The notes under the pieces were generated by a model, which did no database searches, was not told the origin of the DNA, and worked only from the letters and a program-made list of their open reading frames with translations. From Octopus bimaculoides (lineage: Eukaryota), in NCBI RefSeq assembly GCF_001194135.2, contig NC_068996.1, positions 27,923,258 to 27,964,330 on the forward strand: DNA of 41,073 nt. Direction: 5' to 3'. This document shows, piece after piece, positions 1 through 12,686 of this stretch (the first letter of the stretch is position 1; every line of letters starts with the position of its first letter). The position numbers were made by a program, and so were the translations under genes.

Positions 1-205
1 CCCTATAAACCAAATGAATCAGTGAGAGAACTTCCATAGGGTTGTTCTATCAGCTAGAAGTAGCCAAATGACCCTCAAATCACACTCTACCATCTTAATA
101 AAAAAAAAAAAAGGATGCATTTCTTTTAATATTGAATCTTTATAATCATTTGTTTCTTTAGTTGTTCTTTTTCATCATCAGTATTTTTTTTACTATTTCC
201 ACCAG

Positions 206-319
206 GTACCGGTAAACTTGGATTTTCATTTGTGAGAATCACGTCTTTGTTGATCTCTTGTAATCGGTTATGGATAGGAACCGGTAATGGTGTCATTATA
301 TCAGTTCCACTCTCAGAAA
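206..319 (+). CDS. MAPK8IP3: JIP3/JIP4 (Sunday driver/UNC-16) internal coding exon, phase 1-1
   Basis: Acceptor ttttactatttccaccag at 204-205 and donor gtaagc at 320. Manual translation (G)[37 protein letters not shown] matches the recalled JIP3/JIP4 C-terminal segment [16 protein letters not shown]...RLW.GTGNGV.IS.PL.E. Not in the ORF track. Confidence 0.95.
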
Positions 320-1126
320 GTAAGCTTTCTATCTTTGAATTTCATTGTTGCTATTGAATGCATGATGTCTATTGACCATAATTATTTAACACTAATGAAG
401 GTATTAAAAAAAAAAAGGAAAGAAAAAACAAGAACATTGTTGTATTCTCTGGAGGTTCTGTATGAAATATCTTTTGAAATTCTTTTATCAATTCCTAATG
501 GTTTTAATACTAATTAATGCTTACGCTTTTTTCCTAACAAATTTGGGGAAAACAAAATTAACATTGAATGCTCAATTTTACAGTAAAATACTTTTGAATG
601 TTTATGACTTTAGTACGAAAGAGAAGAAAATATTGGCATAATGACTCTAAGGTTACAGGGTTTATAATACAGGATTACTGACAAGATAATGAGTTCAGCT
701 TTAAACTTTTCGTTTTTGCAGTATCTGTTTGTCAAATTGCTGTGACTGACTCAGTTTTTTTTAGGTGGTGGTAGAGATGACATGTAGATATATATAACAT
801 TAGTTTCAAATATTTAATGTAAAAATTGTTCTTAACTGTGTGATAGTAGAAGGAAATATTGATTTGAAAAGCAGAATATTTCAGTGAATTAGATCAGTGA
901 ATAGTTTATAGAATCAAGACAAAATACCATTTATTACTCATGACCAGTTTGTTTTAAAGACTGGAACTAATTAATAATAATAATACTATATGGGTAGGTC
1001 TGTGCAATAATTATTAGGGAAAATGGCTCTCCCAAAATGTACTCTTATTTTATTAATCCTGTATGGAGGGAAGACAAAGTTGATTTTGGTGGGATTTGAA
1101 ATAAGAATGTGAGGAGCCAGAATATA

Positions 1127-1161
<35 letters not shown>

Positions 1162-1179
1162 TCATCATCATCATGGGGA

Positions 1180-1500
1180 TAATTTCAAATTTTGGCACAA
1201 GGCCAGCATTTTCAGGGGAGGGAGTAAGTCGATTACATTGACTCCAGTACTCTACTGGTACTTATTTCATCAACCCCGAAAGGATGAAAAGCAAAGTTGA
1301 CTTCAGTAGAATTTGAACTCAATGTAAAGATGAACAAAATGCTGCTAAACATTTGGCTTAGCATACTAACAATTCTGCCAGCTTGCCTCCTTAATAATAA
1401 TAATAATAATTCTTTTTATTTTGGCACAAAGTCAGCAATTTTAAATGGAGAATGTTAGTCTATTTTATTGGCCCCATTACTTGACTGGTACTTTATTTTA
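1180..1500 (-). mobile_element. SINE family A: one near-full copy (1180-1391) plus a tandem partial copy (1410-1500)
   Basis: Reverse complement of the 35-36-kb copies, separated by (AAT)n. Confidence 0.8.
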
Positions 1501-1786
1501 TTGATATTAAAGCGGCTGGTTATTATTTTTCTCACACCTCCTTTGAAAGGTAGACTTTATTGTACACAGTTGAAATTTAAGTTAGTTTGGACATATGAGC
1601 ATGTANNNNNNNNNNNNNNNNNNNNNNNNNNNNNNNNNNNNNNNNNNNNNNNNNNNNNNNNNNNNNNNNNNNNNNNNNNNNNNNNNNNNNNNNNNNNNNN
1701 NNNNNGTATATATATGTATATATATATATGTATATATATATGTATATACATATGTTAATCCAAACAGGAAGAATAGAACTCAAAAT

Positions 1787-1975
1787 ATCATCATCGTCAT
1801 TGTTTAACAGCTGCTTTCCATACCGGCATGGGTTAGACAGTTTGACTGAGGTCTGGCAAGCCAGTGAGCTGCATCAGGCTCCAATCTGATCTGGCAATGT
1901 TTCCACAGCTGGATGCCCTTCCTAATGCCAACCACTCTAGAAGTGTAGTCGGTGCTTTTTATGTGCCACTGGCAA
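1787..1975 (-). mobile_element. RTE 3'-end copy (truncated LINE or RTE-tailed SINE)
   Basis: Matches 40028-40218 (catcatc..gtttaac..ctttccat..gcatgggtt..gctggatgcccttcctaa.gccaaccact). Confidence 0.85.
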
Positions 1976-2074
1976 TTAAGCCAGTCAGGTGGCACTGGTT
2001 ACGGCTACAAATTCGATTTTTTAGTGATAGTTGTTATGTAAAACAGATTAGCAATGGAAGGAAGCCTCAGCATC

Positions 2075-2132
<58 letters not shown>

Positions 2133-3084
2133 TCACACACATGTTGATGCAAATGAGTATATGTATATTTTTATTAATATTTAGCAGAAGTAACAGAGTG
2201 GCTCAAGGTCCAAGAGTTTTGTGCGTTGGCACAAAACTCTGAGACTTCGAGTCATTCCATTACTAAGGCTAAATGTTAATAAATATATATATATTGAGTG
2301 ACAAGGGAACAAGTATTATGTGATTAACTTCATTGGCCTACAACTATTTCTGCTGTAAGGTACAGTACACTCAGAGCCGAGTTTTGTGTGACATCCTACA
2401 ACTTCCTTGAAGCCTTTAAAATGAAATGTATGTTTATTTTGGAAAGTGTTTAAATACATTGAAATTATTACCTTCAGAACAATATATATATACATAAATA
2501 ATGCAATACATTAGAAGATGAGGCACTTCTCTAAGAAATATATAAATTTAAATTAAACATGTATTCACACATGCACATGTGCATTTGTGTTTATTCACAC
2601 ACATGTTTATATACAGAAACAGACACATATACATACATATATGTTGTGGAGCTCTAGTCAACTGGGACTTGCAGGTATCATCTGTTGGCTTGTTCAACCA
2701 GTAAAGGAACCTATCCTGACTTAATGTTTTCTGTATAGGGAGGAATGTCATGTCAAAAGATAGGAGTGTGCTTGATAAATTTTTACAATTTATTAAATAT
2801 TTCAATGAAAAGAACCCTTTGTTTTATCTGAGGTGGTTAATTAAATTATAGATGGAAAGTAAAAAGAAAACAAACATAAAAAAAAAACCTAGGTAGACCA
2901 CTTAGTATTCAGATTACTCTGTTGAATAATGCTTATTTATTTACGTTATCTTAAATTAATCATGGCCTATCTTGCTTTGAAATTTTGATGACATGATTGT
3001 TTAGTTTTTTGAATGATATTGTAGGGTAGTTGTGATAGGCTGGATCCTGTCATTTTGAATATATTGGAAATAAATTTATAAATA

Positions 3085-3530
3085 AATAATATCCTATTTA
3101 AATGGACAAGAAGCTAGAAAATAATTGGCCAGATATTACAATAACAGACAAGGAAGAGCGAAGTTGCCTACTAATTGATCCATCAAGTCCATTTGATTCC
3201 AGGATTGTAAACGAAGATGAAAAACAAAAAAAACAAAAAATACAATCACTTAAAATTTGAAATCACAAGAATTTGGAAAAAAAATTGTAAAAGTTGTGCC
3301 TTTAATAATTGGTGCATTGGGAATTGTAAGCAAAGCTATTGACAAAGGAAATTGGATAGAATGCCCTGCCTCTTAGGTACAGGAAAGATTATCAGGAGGG
3401 TCTTAAGCACTTGAAAGACTATTGAAAGATTGTAGATACCTAAGGTTACAGGTCGTAATCCACTACCCACATAAATTCTATGAGGAATAAGAACAAACCT
3501 GAGTCAAATCAGTGATAGTAATAATAATTC
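3085..3530 (+). mobile_element. Degenerate R4/Dong-like LINE 3' end (restriction-like endonuclease, 3'UTR, TAA tail)
   Basis: Pieces MDKKLENNWPDITITDKEERSCLLIDPSSPFD, KYNHLKFEITRIW, VKVVPLIIGALG and CLLGTGKIIRRVLST*, ending in agtaataataat. Confidence 0.8.
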
Positions 3531-3534
3531 ATTT

Positions 3535-4420
3535 CTCTGTCAAGAATTGAAAGAGAAGGTGAGAAACAAAGGTCTCAAGAGAGCAAAAAGAGTGTTAGGC
3601 TCAAAAGTAAATGGAGGGTAAGTAAACACATGGGTGATCTCTTTCTAATATGATATTCTGCAGCTTTCCTGAACTGGCCTAAGGAAGAGCTAAGAAATAT
3701 AGATTGTAAGACCAGAAAGATAATGCCCATGTACAAGTCATGATATCTCAGAGAGAGTGTTAATAGATTATATCTACCATGGAAGGATGGGAGAGAGGAC
3801 TGATATCAATAGAAGATTGTGTAGAGATGACAAAATGTGATATAGAAAAGTATATGAAGAGCAACTCAGACTGATTTCAACTGTCAGAGGAGAGGAGAAA
3901 GAAACTACAGGGATAGCAAAAAGAAAACAGGAGTGCAAAAGAAACACCTGGGGAAAAGAACTACATAATCAGCATCTCAGACGTTGCAGCAGAGAATTCT
4001 TAGTTATAGGTGAAAAATGAAAGACTTTCAGAAAGAAATGGGAGGACTTGTAATGGCTGTTCAAAGTCAGTCATTGGTGATGAATATCATTAAGGCCAAA
4101 ATAGACAAATCTGCGAAAAGTGCAGAGTATGTAACAACCTAATGACCATGTAGACTATCATATCTGAGACCTAAGTATATCAGGGTATATGTCTGCACCT
4201 GATAGGTTCCTTTCCATGACACAAGCCTAGACAAATTATTGTTATTTCTTTTTCTTAATGAAAGACCAGTAGTTAGTTACCTACATAGCAAGGCTCCTCT
4301 CCCCATTTCAATCATGTTGTCCACGCAAAAAACAAAGGTTGATATAGTTTGGCACCAATGTGATTATGGCTATACTCAGCCTAAATGGTTAGAACAAATA
4401 CTGCCAGACATCATTCTATC
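3535..4420 (+). mobile_element. Degenerate R4/Dong-like LINE fragment (RT thumb to zinc knuckle)
   Basis: Pieces LNWPKEELRNIDCKTRKIM, NRLYLP.K.G.RGLISIEDCVE, IKAKIDKSA..CRVC and KVDIVWHQCDYGYTQPKW, heavily frameshifted. Confidence 0.8.
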
Positions 4421-6489
4421 ACTGATATCAATCTACTGATCATCTGTGTGTCCCAAACACACAATGAAATAGTAGTCAGAATAATTGATTTAGTATGTCA
4501 AGAAATTTTTATTAACTAACTTCTTGTTGATGAGAAAACTAATTATTTTTGTGACTAATTCTGATGATAAAAGGCAATGGAAATAATCCTGAAAATTAAT
4601 TAAATAGGGAATACGATGGTGAATGAGTTTGATATTTGGCAAAGGAATGAATACTCTTCTAGACATGTTTCAGTTTTATTATACATCCCGAGTGAACTAT
4701 AGTCTTACTGAGTGTTTCTTGACCTTATTTATTGGACATCCCAAACGCTTAGACACTTTCTATGGTTCCTAGGTTTTATATCACTATGTAATACAATAGT
4801 AGTTGTAGTTGAATTTGAAAACTGCTTTCCACCTCCTTCATGGTTCTTAATGTTCTCCCTGGTTGGATTGGGGTATAGAACTATTGTTGGTTTACTGCAT
4901 AGTGGCCTTATGTTTTCAGTCATTAAACACTGAATGGTGTGATAAAAATTAAAAGAATGCCTAGGGTAAAAAATGTCCAGAGACAGATGCTACATAGCAT
5001 GCATGATGTAGTAAATCAAGGAATTTTAATTAAAAGATAGACCCCTGAAATTGAAGACTTGCAGTGGATTTGAACTCATGATCTTTGGAGATATTATTGA
5101 TAATCTCTTTTGCATTTCACATATCTGTACTGAATGAACATCACAAACTTCCCTACCCTCCCATACATATATACACATGCACACTTGTTTATGTACAGAT
5201 GTGTCCACACATGACACCAATGTGTGCACTCACATAATCATATGCACGACTTTTAGACTTGCAGTGTCGTACATTAGTGTATTAGGCTATTAGTAGTTGC
5301 CTTCTTATTTTTACATGCACTCACACAAATACACACACAAACACATGTATACATACACATGGGTGTATGTCTATATATGTGTGTATGTTTGTGTGTGCAC
5401 ATTCACACATACCTTTGCACAAGAGCGAGTATGTGCTTGCAGTATATATTTCTAAATGTCTGTATATCAATGTTTGTTGCCTTTTTATTTATGTGTGCAT
5501 ATATTCAACACACTTTCACACTCACATACACAAATCTGTGCATTACAGTTGAGTTATGGTAAAACAAAGCTGAAGTATTGGATTATAATTGAAGGAAACT
5601 GTTTTTACTTGTGTGTGGGTTGGTAACATAGGTGATAGAATGTATTGTTCATATCTTTTCTCAAGGGTCATAACTAGATATTAAAACAAAACAGTCTTAA
5701 CTGGAAGTTGGAACCAGGCAAGTATTGTTTGTAGGTATGACTGACTGCCTGATGGTGCTAGTATTTGGTTCAGATTCATTAAGGCACTTCTTGTACTAAG
5801 GTGTTATTACTACTGCTAAGACCAGTGTTTCTTAACCATTTTTCTGTATTACTCCCTTTATCATTTCATTATTCTGATCTTCTCTCAGATAAAGAAAAGT
5901 AGTTTTGTATTCAATAATATTAAAGTACTCTTATTATAGAACTGTTTATTACATAATATGACTAGTTATTTTAAAAATAAGTTTTGTATTCAACTCAAGT
6001 TATTACATAACATTAACAACTCTATATTAACTAAATATTAATAAACTTAAAAATTGACATTAAGGAAAATAATCTAGCAAAAACAGTGAATAATGATAAA
6101 GAATTTTCCAGTCTATAAGCAATTTTTCCTTGGAATACTGAAATAATGTGATAAAATATAAGCAGTAAATTACTATACAGTCAATTATAGAATTTCCCAC
6201 AAAAAAAAGGAAAAAAAAGAAAAAAATTGCCTTGTATCTTGTCAAAATAAATTTATAATTCAGTAGGTTTAAAATTTTATAACTTTTATTATCATCATGG
6301 ATATTTATTTCACAAACATGTCATAGAATTCTGCCACCCACTTCCATTTTCCACAAGCTAGCAAAAGAGCCTTTATGTGGTTGTCAGTCTGCTAGAAATA
6401 GTGGCCAGATCTTCTTCAAATCATCTTGAAAAACATAACAAATTTGTCAGTGTAGTCTGTGGTATAGTATTGTTGAAAGTAAGAAGTGA

Positions 6490-6549
6490 CATGGGTCTGT
6501 TTGAACAGATCATGGGTCTGTTTGAACAGATCATGGGTCTGTTTGAACA
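6490..6549 (+). repeat. 21-bp minisatellite x2.9 (catgggtctgtttgaacagat)
   Basis: Exact repeats; this is the source of the MGLFEQI repeats in the ORF track. Confidence 0.95.
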
Positions 6550-7379
6550 AGGCCAACTTGATGCTAAGCCACAACAACAACACACACACGGGCATGTATG
6601 CACACACACACATTCACTTTCTCTCTCTCTCATGTACATATACACATGCTCACTCATGATCCTGGTTTGAATAGGAAATAAATTAAGCTACAATATACTA
6701 GAAGTTATAAATCTCTAAAAACATAGGATTATGAAGTCAATAGTTAAAAAAACAACTAATTTGCATGATTAGAAAATGTATATAACCAAGTAATAAGAAT
6801 TTGTGGTTTACCAGTTCTGCTTACACCAATACTTGTATGAACATCTTCTCTGTCACCCTTCCACTTTCCTTTTTCAGTCTTCTATTGTTAGCATTTCCCA
6901 GTATTTTATTTTCACAAGAGTTTTAGAACTCTCTATTTTCTAATTAATTGTATTTTAATGTATGTTACTTCAGTTAATACTAGACTACAGTTAAAGTGTT
7001 AAACACCATATTTACTATTTTAATCATTCTTTATATGAAAACATTAACTATTTTGTTGCATATTAATTACTTAATATTATACTATTAATAATCGTATACT
7101 TCAATTAATATTCAGCCTTAATTAAAGTTGCCTTTACTATTTACTATTTCATTATATTTTAATAAACATTGACTATTTCACTGTTCTTTAATTGGTAACA
7201 GTGTTAGATCAATTTCACTGTACTTTGATTGATATATTTTAATTAACAAGTGTTATAGATCACATTTACTATATTTCATGTTACACATCACATTTTGCTA
7301 TTTTGCTGTACTTAAATTCTATGCTTTAATAACAGTGCTAACACAACATTTAACTATTCTATTGTACACAAACCAATGA

Positions 7380-7690
7380 GGGTGCCTCACCATGGTTGCT
7401 TGTCCTGTAAGAAAGAGTAGTTTGATCTCCCTCAAATCACACTCTACTATCTTTAAAAGAACAGATAGACATATTAGATAATATAAACTATGTCTCACAT
7501 GGTGAAACGGCCATAGAATGCTTTTGATTTTAGCTCTGAAATCTGGAAGTCATTTAAGCGCAATCAGAGTTATAACTATTTCATTGTTGGTAACTAATGT
7601 CAATAACGCTGAGCAGTGGTTGTTCTGATAATAGAATAAGCAATTAAATCTCCTTCAAATCACACCATACTGTCTTAAAAAGAGAATATA
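7380..7690 (+). repeat. Interspersed repeat family G (gctagaaatagc.gccaaat.tccctcaaatcacac.ctac..tcttaaa), two partial copies
   Basis: Same motif at about 55-105, 6388-6425 and 34978-35030 (+), and at 37670-37830 and 39180-39230 (-). Class unknown. Confidence 0.6.
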
Positions 7691-7691
7691 T

Positions 7692-8298
7692 NNNNNNNNN
7701 NNNNNNNNNNNNNNNNNNNNNNNNNNNNNNNNNNNNNNNNNNNNNNNNNNNNNNNNNNNNNNNNNNNNNNNNNNNNNNNNNNNNNNNNNNNNNNNNNNNN
7801 NNNNNNNNNNNNNNNNNNNNNNNNNNNNNNNNNNNNNNNNNNNNNNNNNNNNNNNNNNNNNNNNNNNNNNNNNNNNNNNNNNNNNNNNNNNNNNNNNNNN
7901 NNNNNNNNNNNNNNNNNNNNNNNNNNNNNNNNNNNNNNNNNNNNNNNNNNNNNNNNNNNNNNNNNNNNNNNNNNNNNNNNNNNNNNNNNNNNNNNNNNNN
8001 NNNNNNNNNNNNNNNNNNNNNNNNNNNNNNNNNNNNNNNNNNNNNNNNNNNNNNNNNNNNNNNNNNNNNNNNNNNNNNNNNNNNNNNNNNNNNNNNNNNN
8101 NNNNNNNNNNNNNNNNNNNNNNNNNNNNNNNNNNNNNNNNNNNNNNNNNNNNNNNNNNNNNNNNNNNNNNNNNNNNNNNNNNNNNNNNNNNNNNNNNNNN
8201 NNNNNNNNNNNNNNNNNNNNNNNNNNNNNNNNNNNNNNNNNNNNNNNNNNNNNNNNNNNNNNNNNNNNNNNNNNNNNNNNNNNNNNNNNNNNNNNNNN
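7692..8298. other. Assembly gap (largest of 8: 1606-1705, 7692-8298, 10510-10571, 12886-12895, 14583-14862, 16797-16806, 22131-22140, 40219-40692)
   Basis: Runs of N. Confidence 1.
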
Positions 8299-9190
8299 GA
8301 CCTTGTCTACAGAATTCATATTTTTCCTGTCCAAATGATTTTGAAGACTGTGAAATAAACGATAATCAGATGGAGCAATGCAGCAATTATGGTGGGTGGG
8401 GCATCGTTTCCCATTCAAACTGCTTGTATGTAACTGAGCATTATCTTGATGAAAGAACATCTTTCGTGTTGAAACCAAAGATGGTTGTTTTTCTTCTAGT
8501 GCTGACTTAAGCCACTCAAGCTGCTTGCTGTAGATCTTCTTTGTTATCGTTTGGTTTGGGTTTAAAAGTTCAAAGTGGACTAAACCTTTCATATCTCATC
8601 AAACAGATAACAACACCTTAAATGGGTGAAGACCTTCTTTAACCTGAGGTGCTGGTGTTTCCCCTTTTCCATTCACTGTCTTTTTTTATAGAGAACCCAT
8701 TTCTTGTCACCACGGCAGCAAAGAAGAGCAGACATTCACTCTGTGTGTGATTAGACTCAGAAACTTTGTGAGGAGCCCATTGACCCAATTTACTGACTTT
8801 TCCAATAGCATACAGGTGTCGTTGAATGGTTGAATGACCAAATCCAAGTTTTTCTGCAAGTTCCTCAACAGTTATGATAGGATTTTGTTCCACCAGGGTT
8901 TGCAGGACATCTTCATTGAGTTCTACAGATCTTTCATGACAAGGTTCATCTTCTAGGCTGTTCTTTTTGACTCAGAATTTCTGGAACCACCATTGACACT
9001 GGCTTATGTTTATTGTCCAATCCCCATATACTGCATTAATATTCCTTGCATTTTCCATTGCATTGTTGCTTTTATTGAACTTATAAAGCAAAATATGCTG
9101 AATATGCTCCTTTGTCTCTTTCATTATAGCTTTGAAAAAGTAACTGTTAAAATTGAACTGCACTCTTCAAAACTTGAACTAAGAATAAGC
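8299..9190 (-). mobile_element. Degenerate mariner transposase fragment (runs into assembly gap)
   Basis: ORF pieces KEHIQHILLYKFNKSNNA..ARNINAVYG (HTH), GKVSKLGQWAPHK, FHQDNAQLH and IAPSDYRLFHSLQNHL are typical mariner motifs. Confidence 0.9.
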
Positions 9191-9264
9191 ATAAGGTAAA
9201 ATTACTACCTGCTTTTATAGGATGTTGATGCAGGTAGTTTATCCCATTCCCCTCCCGACTATTA

Positions 9265-9470
9265 AACCTTTCTTGGAGTGATTGGCTGAGAGGAGAAACT
9301 CTTATAGACTCTGTGTACATGTGTATGCTTCTGTACACATGCATGTGTGTATGTGCATGCATGTTCATGTCTATGATGCTTTAGGGTTTGTTCCCACTAT
9401 GAAGATGTTGTTGGCTAGTGTCAGCCATGAGTTGAACAATGCCTTGTCTGTGTGGTGTGTCCAAATATAT
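9265..9470 (+). repeat. ~205-bp direct repeat, second copy at 11023-11228
   Basis: cctttcttgg.gtgattggctg.gaggagaaactcttata..gatgttgttggctagtgtcagccatgagttgaacaatgccttgtctgtgtg.tgtgtcca occurs twice, about 1.76 kb apart. Confidence 0.85.
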
Positions 9471-9535
9471 ATACTTACAATTGAAAAAAACTACATCATT
9501 TATTCATGGGATGACCCAGTATTTCCAGTATTTAT

Positions 9536-9745
9536 GTGTGTGTCTTTGTGTTTGTCCCCCCACATACACACCATCACTTGACAACCGATGTTGGTGTATT
9601 TACGTCCCATAACTTGGTTTGGCAAAAGAACCGATAGAATAAGTACTAGGCTTACAAAGAATAAGTGCTGGGGTTGATTTGTTCAACTAAAGCCCTGGTG
9701 CTCCAGCAGAGCTGCTGTCAAATGGCTGAAGCAAGCAAAAGAATA
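9536..9745 (+). mobile_element. SINE family C, 3' half
   Basis: gtgtttgtcccccc..cacttgacaaccgatgttggtg..ggcaaaagaaccgatagaataagtactaggc matches 27130-27340. Confidence 0.8.
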
Positions 9746-9790
9746 TATATGTACACACACACACACACATGTATGCGGTTCCTATATATA

Positions 9791-9856
<66 letters not shown>

Positions 9857-10157
9857 CAACATACACAGTATAAATTTGTATTGTTTTTGATTCTTTGTCC
9901 GAAGAATTACAGATAGGTAATTCTATACATGTTTTTTCTAAATGTATATCTTTAACACCTATCCTATAATGAAACATGTATAACATGGAATTCTTCTTAA
10001 CAGCTTGATAAATTGTGAATTAAATTAATATTCCAACCAGGAAACCCTGAGTAGCTATATTTCACAAGGCTTCTTGTTTCTGTTATATCTTCACTCTCTT
10101 AACTGATTGAGTGCTATACTTGTTGAAACTTACTACACTGTATATGTGTGTGTGTGT

Positions 10158-10485
10158 ATCATCATCATTGTTTAAGTCCACTTTCCATGCTGGCATGGGT
10201 TTGACTGAGGACTGGTGAGGCAGAGGCTGCACCAGGCTCAATCTTGTCTGACAAAGTTTCTACAGCTGGATGCCTTTCCTAATGCCAACCACTCTGAGAG
10301 TGTAGTGGTTGCTTTTTACGTGCCACCGTTACACAAGGGCCAGTCAGGCGGTTCTAGCAATGACCACACTCATGCTCAAAAGGTGTTTTTACGTGCTACC
10401 TGCATGGGATCCAGTCCAGCGGCACTGGCAATGACCACGCTCGAATGTTGTTTTTCATGTGCCACCGGCGATGGTCACGCTTGGA
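10158..10485 (-). mobile_element. RTE 3'-end copy
   Basis: Same tail family as 40028-40218, extending further into the 3'UTR. Confidence 0.85.
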
Positions 10486-11221
10486 TATATATATATATAT
10501 ATATATATANNNNNNNNNNNNNNNNNNNNNNNNNNNNNNNNNNNNNNNNNNNNNNNNNNNNNNNNNNNNNNTATAGTCATTATTTTCAAAGCATGTTTAA
10601 GAATAACACCAGAACATTTACTGATGGTGTGACTCTATACCCATGATAGTTAAATTTATTTTGAAGATCCAGTTGGCCGGAGCTTCATTATATATATAAC
10701 TATGCTATTTTGGTACATTATGCACATAACCAAGAGAGGATAGTGATGCCCAGAATACCTTTGATCATAAGTTTGCTTTATTGACAGCTAACCTAGGGCT
10801 AATAAAGAAAGAAACAACTACTACTTCAACATTACTCTAACACTATCGAGGATTGCGTGTACCCTCTAAAAGGATTTGGGCACAGCAATACATACACGTA
10901 CACATACATACATGCACACACACACACACATATGTATAAAATCAAGGCATGCTAAGCAGTGATGATAAGAATAAAGTTGTGTACATTTATATTTGAAGTG
11001 CTTGTGTACACCCAAATGTAGAAAGACCTTTCTTGGGGTGATTGGCTGGGAGGAGAAACTCTTATAGGACTCTGTGTGTATGTGTTTGCCTCTGTACACA
11101 TACATGTGTGTATGTGCATGCATGTTCATGTGTATGATGGTTTAGGGTTTATTCCCATTATGAGGATGTTGTTGGCTAGTGTCAGCCATGAGTTGAACAA
11201 TGCCTTGTCTGTGTGATGTGT

Positions 11222-11263
<42 letters not shown>

Positions 11264-11264
11264 A

Positions 11265-11458
11265 CATCATCATCATCATCATCATCGTTTAACGTCCGCT
11301 TTCCATGCTAGCATGGGTTGGACGATTTGACTGAGGACTGGTGCAACCGGATGGCTACACCAGGCTCCAATCTAATTTGGCAGAGTTTCTACAGCTGGAT
11401 GCCCTTCCTAACGCCAACCACTCAGAGAGTGTAGTGGGTGCTTTTACGTGTCACCCGC
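11265..11458 (-). mobile_element. RTE 3'-end copy (young, close to 40028-40218)
   Basis: Near-identical to 40028-40218 with (CAT)n on the + strand. Confidence 0.88.
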
Positions 11459-11542
11459 ATGCACATACATACATATATACATACATAGGGACAAAGTGTT
11501 TGGGATAGTGTACAGGATAGTATAATGTTAACTTTATTTAAC

Positions 11543-11613
<71 letters not shown>

Positions 11614-11668
11614 ATATGAATTAGAAGCAGGTTGAGGAATATAAACAATATTGAACACACATATACAA

Positions 11669-11904
11669 AGTATGTGATTCGCTAGTTTGTGGGTAGGCTG
11701 CGTTATAGGCGTAAGAGAATAAATTCTCATCAATTCATTTGGTGTTAAAACACCTGGAAGTCATAGGCAAACGAGAAAACTTGTATCCGGTCTCATCTCG
11801 CTTGTCTATGACTTACAAGTGTTTTAGCACCAGGTGAATTGATGAGAATATATTATTTCATGCCTATAAATGCAACCTACCTACAAACTAGCAAAACACA
11901 TACT
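11669..11904. repeat. 236-bp palindromic (hairpin) element, MITE-like
   Basis: Arms 11669-11776 and 11796-11904 are reverse complements (roughly 80% by eye), with a 19-nt loop. Confidence 0.8.
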
Positions 11905-11929
11905 CTCTGTATGTATGTGTGTGTGTGTG

Positions 11930-11996
<67 letters not shown>

Positions 11997-12274
11997 TGTT
12001 TGTTGAACATTTATTTTTTCATGGTAGCATAGGTTAGTTGGGCAGGTATATGAAGCAGCATTTTATGGCCAGATGCCCTTCCTGTTGCCATTCCTTAACT
12101 GCCTTTTCAAGAAAGAGACTGTTTTTCCATTTGGTCATTGAAAGTGCAGAGTGACCAGTTTGGATATCAACAAAGAATGTAAACATCATATCACTATTTC
12201 ATTCAGATAGTGACAAGCAAAACTGTGGAAATTCAGTATTCATGTTCAAACATGTGCAACAAGCAAGCATATAC

Positions 12275-12620
12275 ATCAGGGCTGTGTGTGATAAGAAGCT
12301 TTTTTCTCAACCAAATGGTTCCAGGTCCAGTCTCATTGCACGGCCTTGTGAGTGGGCTCACAGCCTGTTGTATGCACATTCACCCACACACATATATGTA
12401 TATATATTTATGTATCTGCGTCTGTGTTTGTCCCTCACCACTGATTGACAACTTATGATGGTGTGTTTATGTCCCTGCAACTTAGTGGTTTGGCAAAAGA
12501 GACCAATAGAATAAATACTAGGCTTAAACAAAATAAGTCCTAAGATGAATTTGTTTGATTATAACCTTCAAGGTGGTGCCCCAGCATGACTGCAGCCAAA
12601 TGACTGAAAAGAGTAAAAGG
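12275..12620 (+). mobile_element. SINE family C copy
   Basis: Head ggctgtgtg..aagaagcttt..atggttccagg plus the same 3' half as 9536-9745. Confidence 0.78.
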
Positions 12621-12650
12621 CAAAGCACACACACACACACATGCACACGC

Positions 12651-12686
<36 letters not shown>

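Noticed and set aside
4563-4590. CTGATGA...GAAA spacing in AT-rich sequence
   Set aside because: No stem II, III or I pairing; chance match.
4470-4900. Possible Penelope-like RT relic on the minus strand (HKNN*FSHQQEVS**KFLDIL resembles H.NI.FT.E.E....FLD)
   Set aside because: Too many stops and only one weak motif; needs a profile-HMM search.
5823-5845. hAT/Charlie-like TIR cagtgtttcttaacc (a reverse-type end aaaaaggttgagaaatgctg is at 26473-26492)
   Set aside because: No matching partner TIR or 8-bp TSD was found near either; they are isolated degenerate ends 20 kb apart.
6490-6549. CRISPR-like direct repeats
   Set aside because: No spacers, contiguous units and eukaryotic context.
6985-7370. 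Loosely repeated AT-rich motif (aacagtgtta..atttactatttca..tgtac)
   Set aside because: Very degenerate low-complexity minisatellite with no evidence of function.
7675-8592. Long ORFs in the track (also 14423-15037 and 40105-40865)
   Set aside because: They are artefacts of N runs and dinucleotide repeats; the real portions are mariner or RTE fragments.
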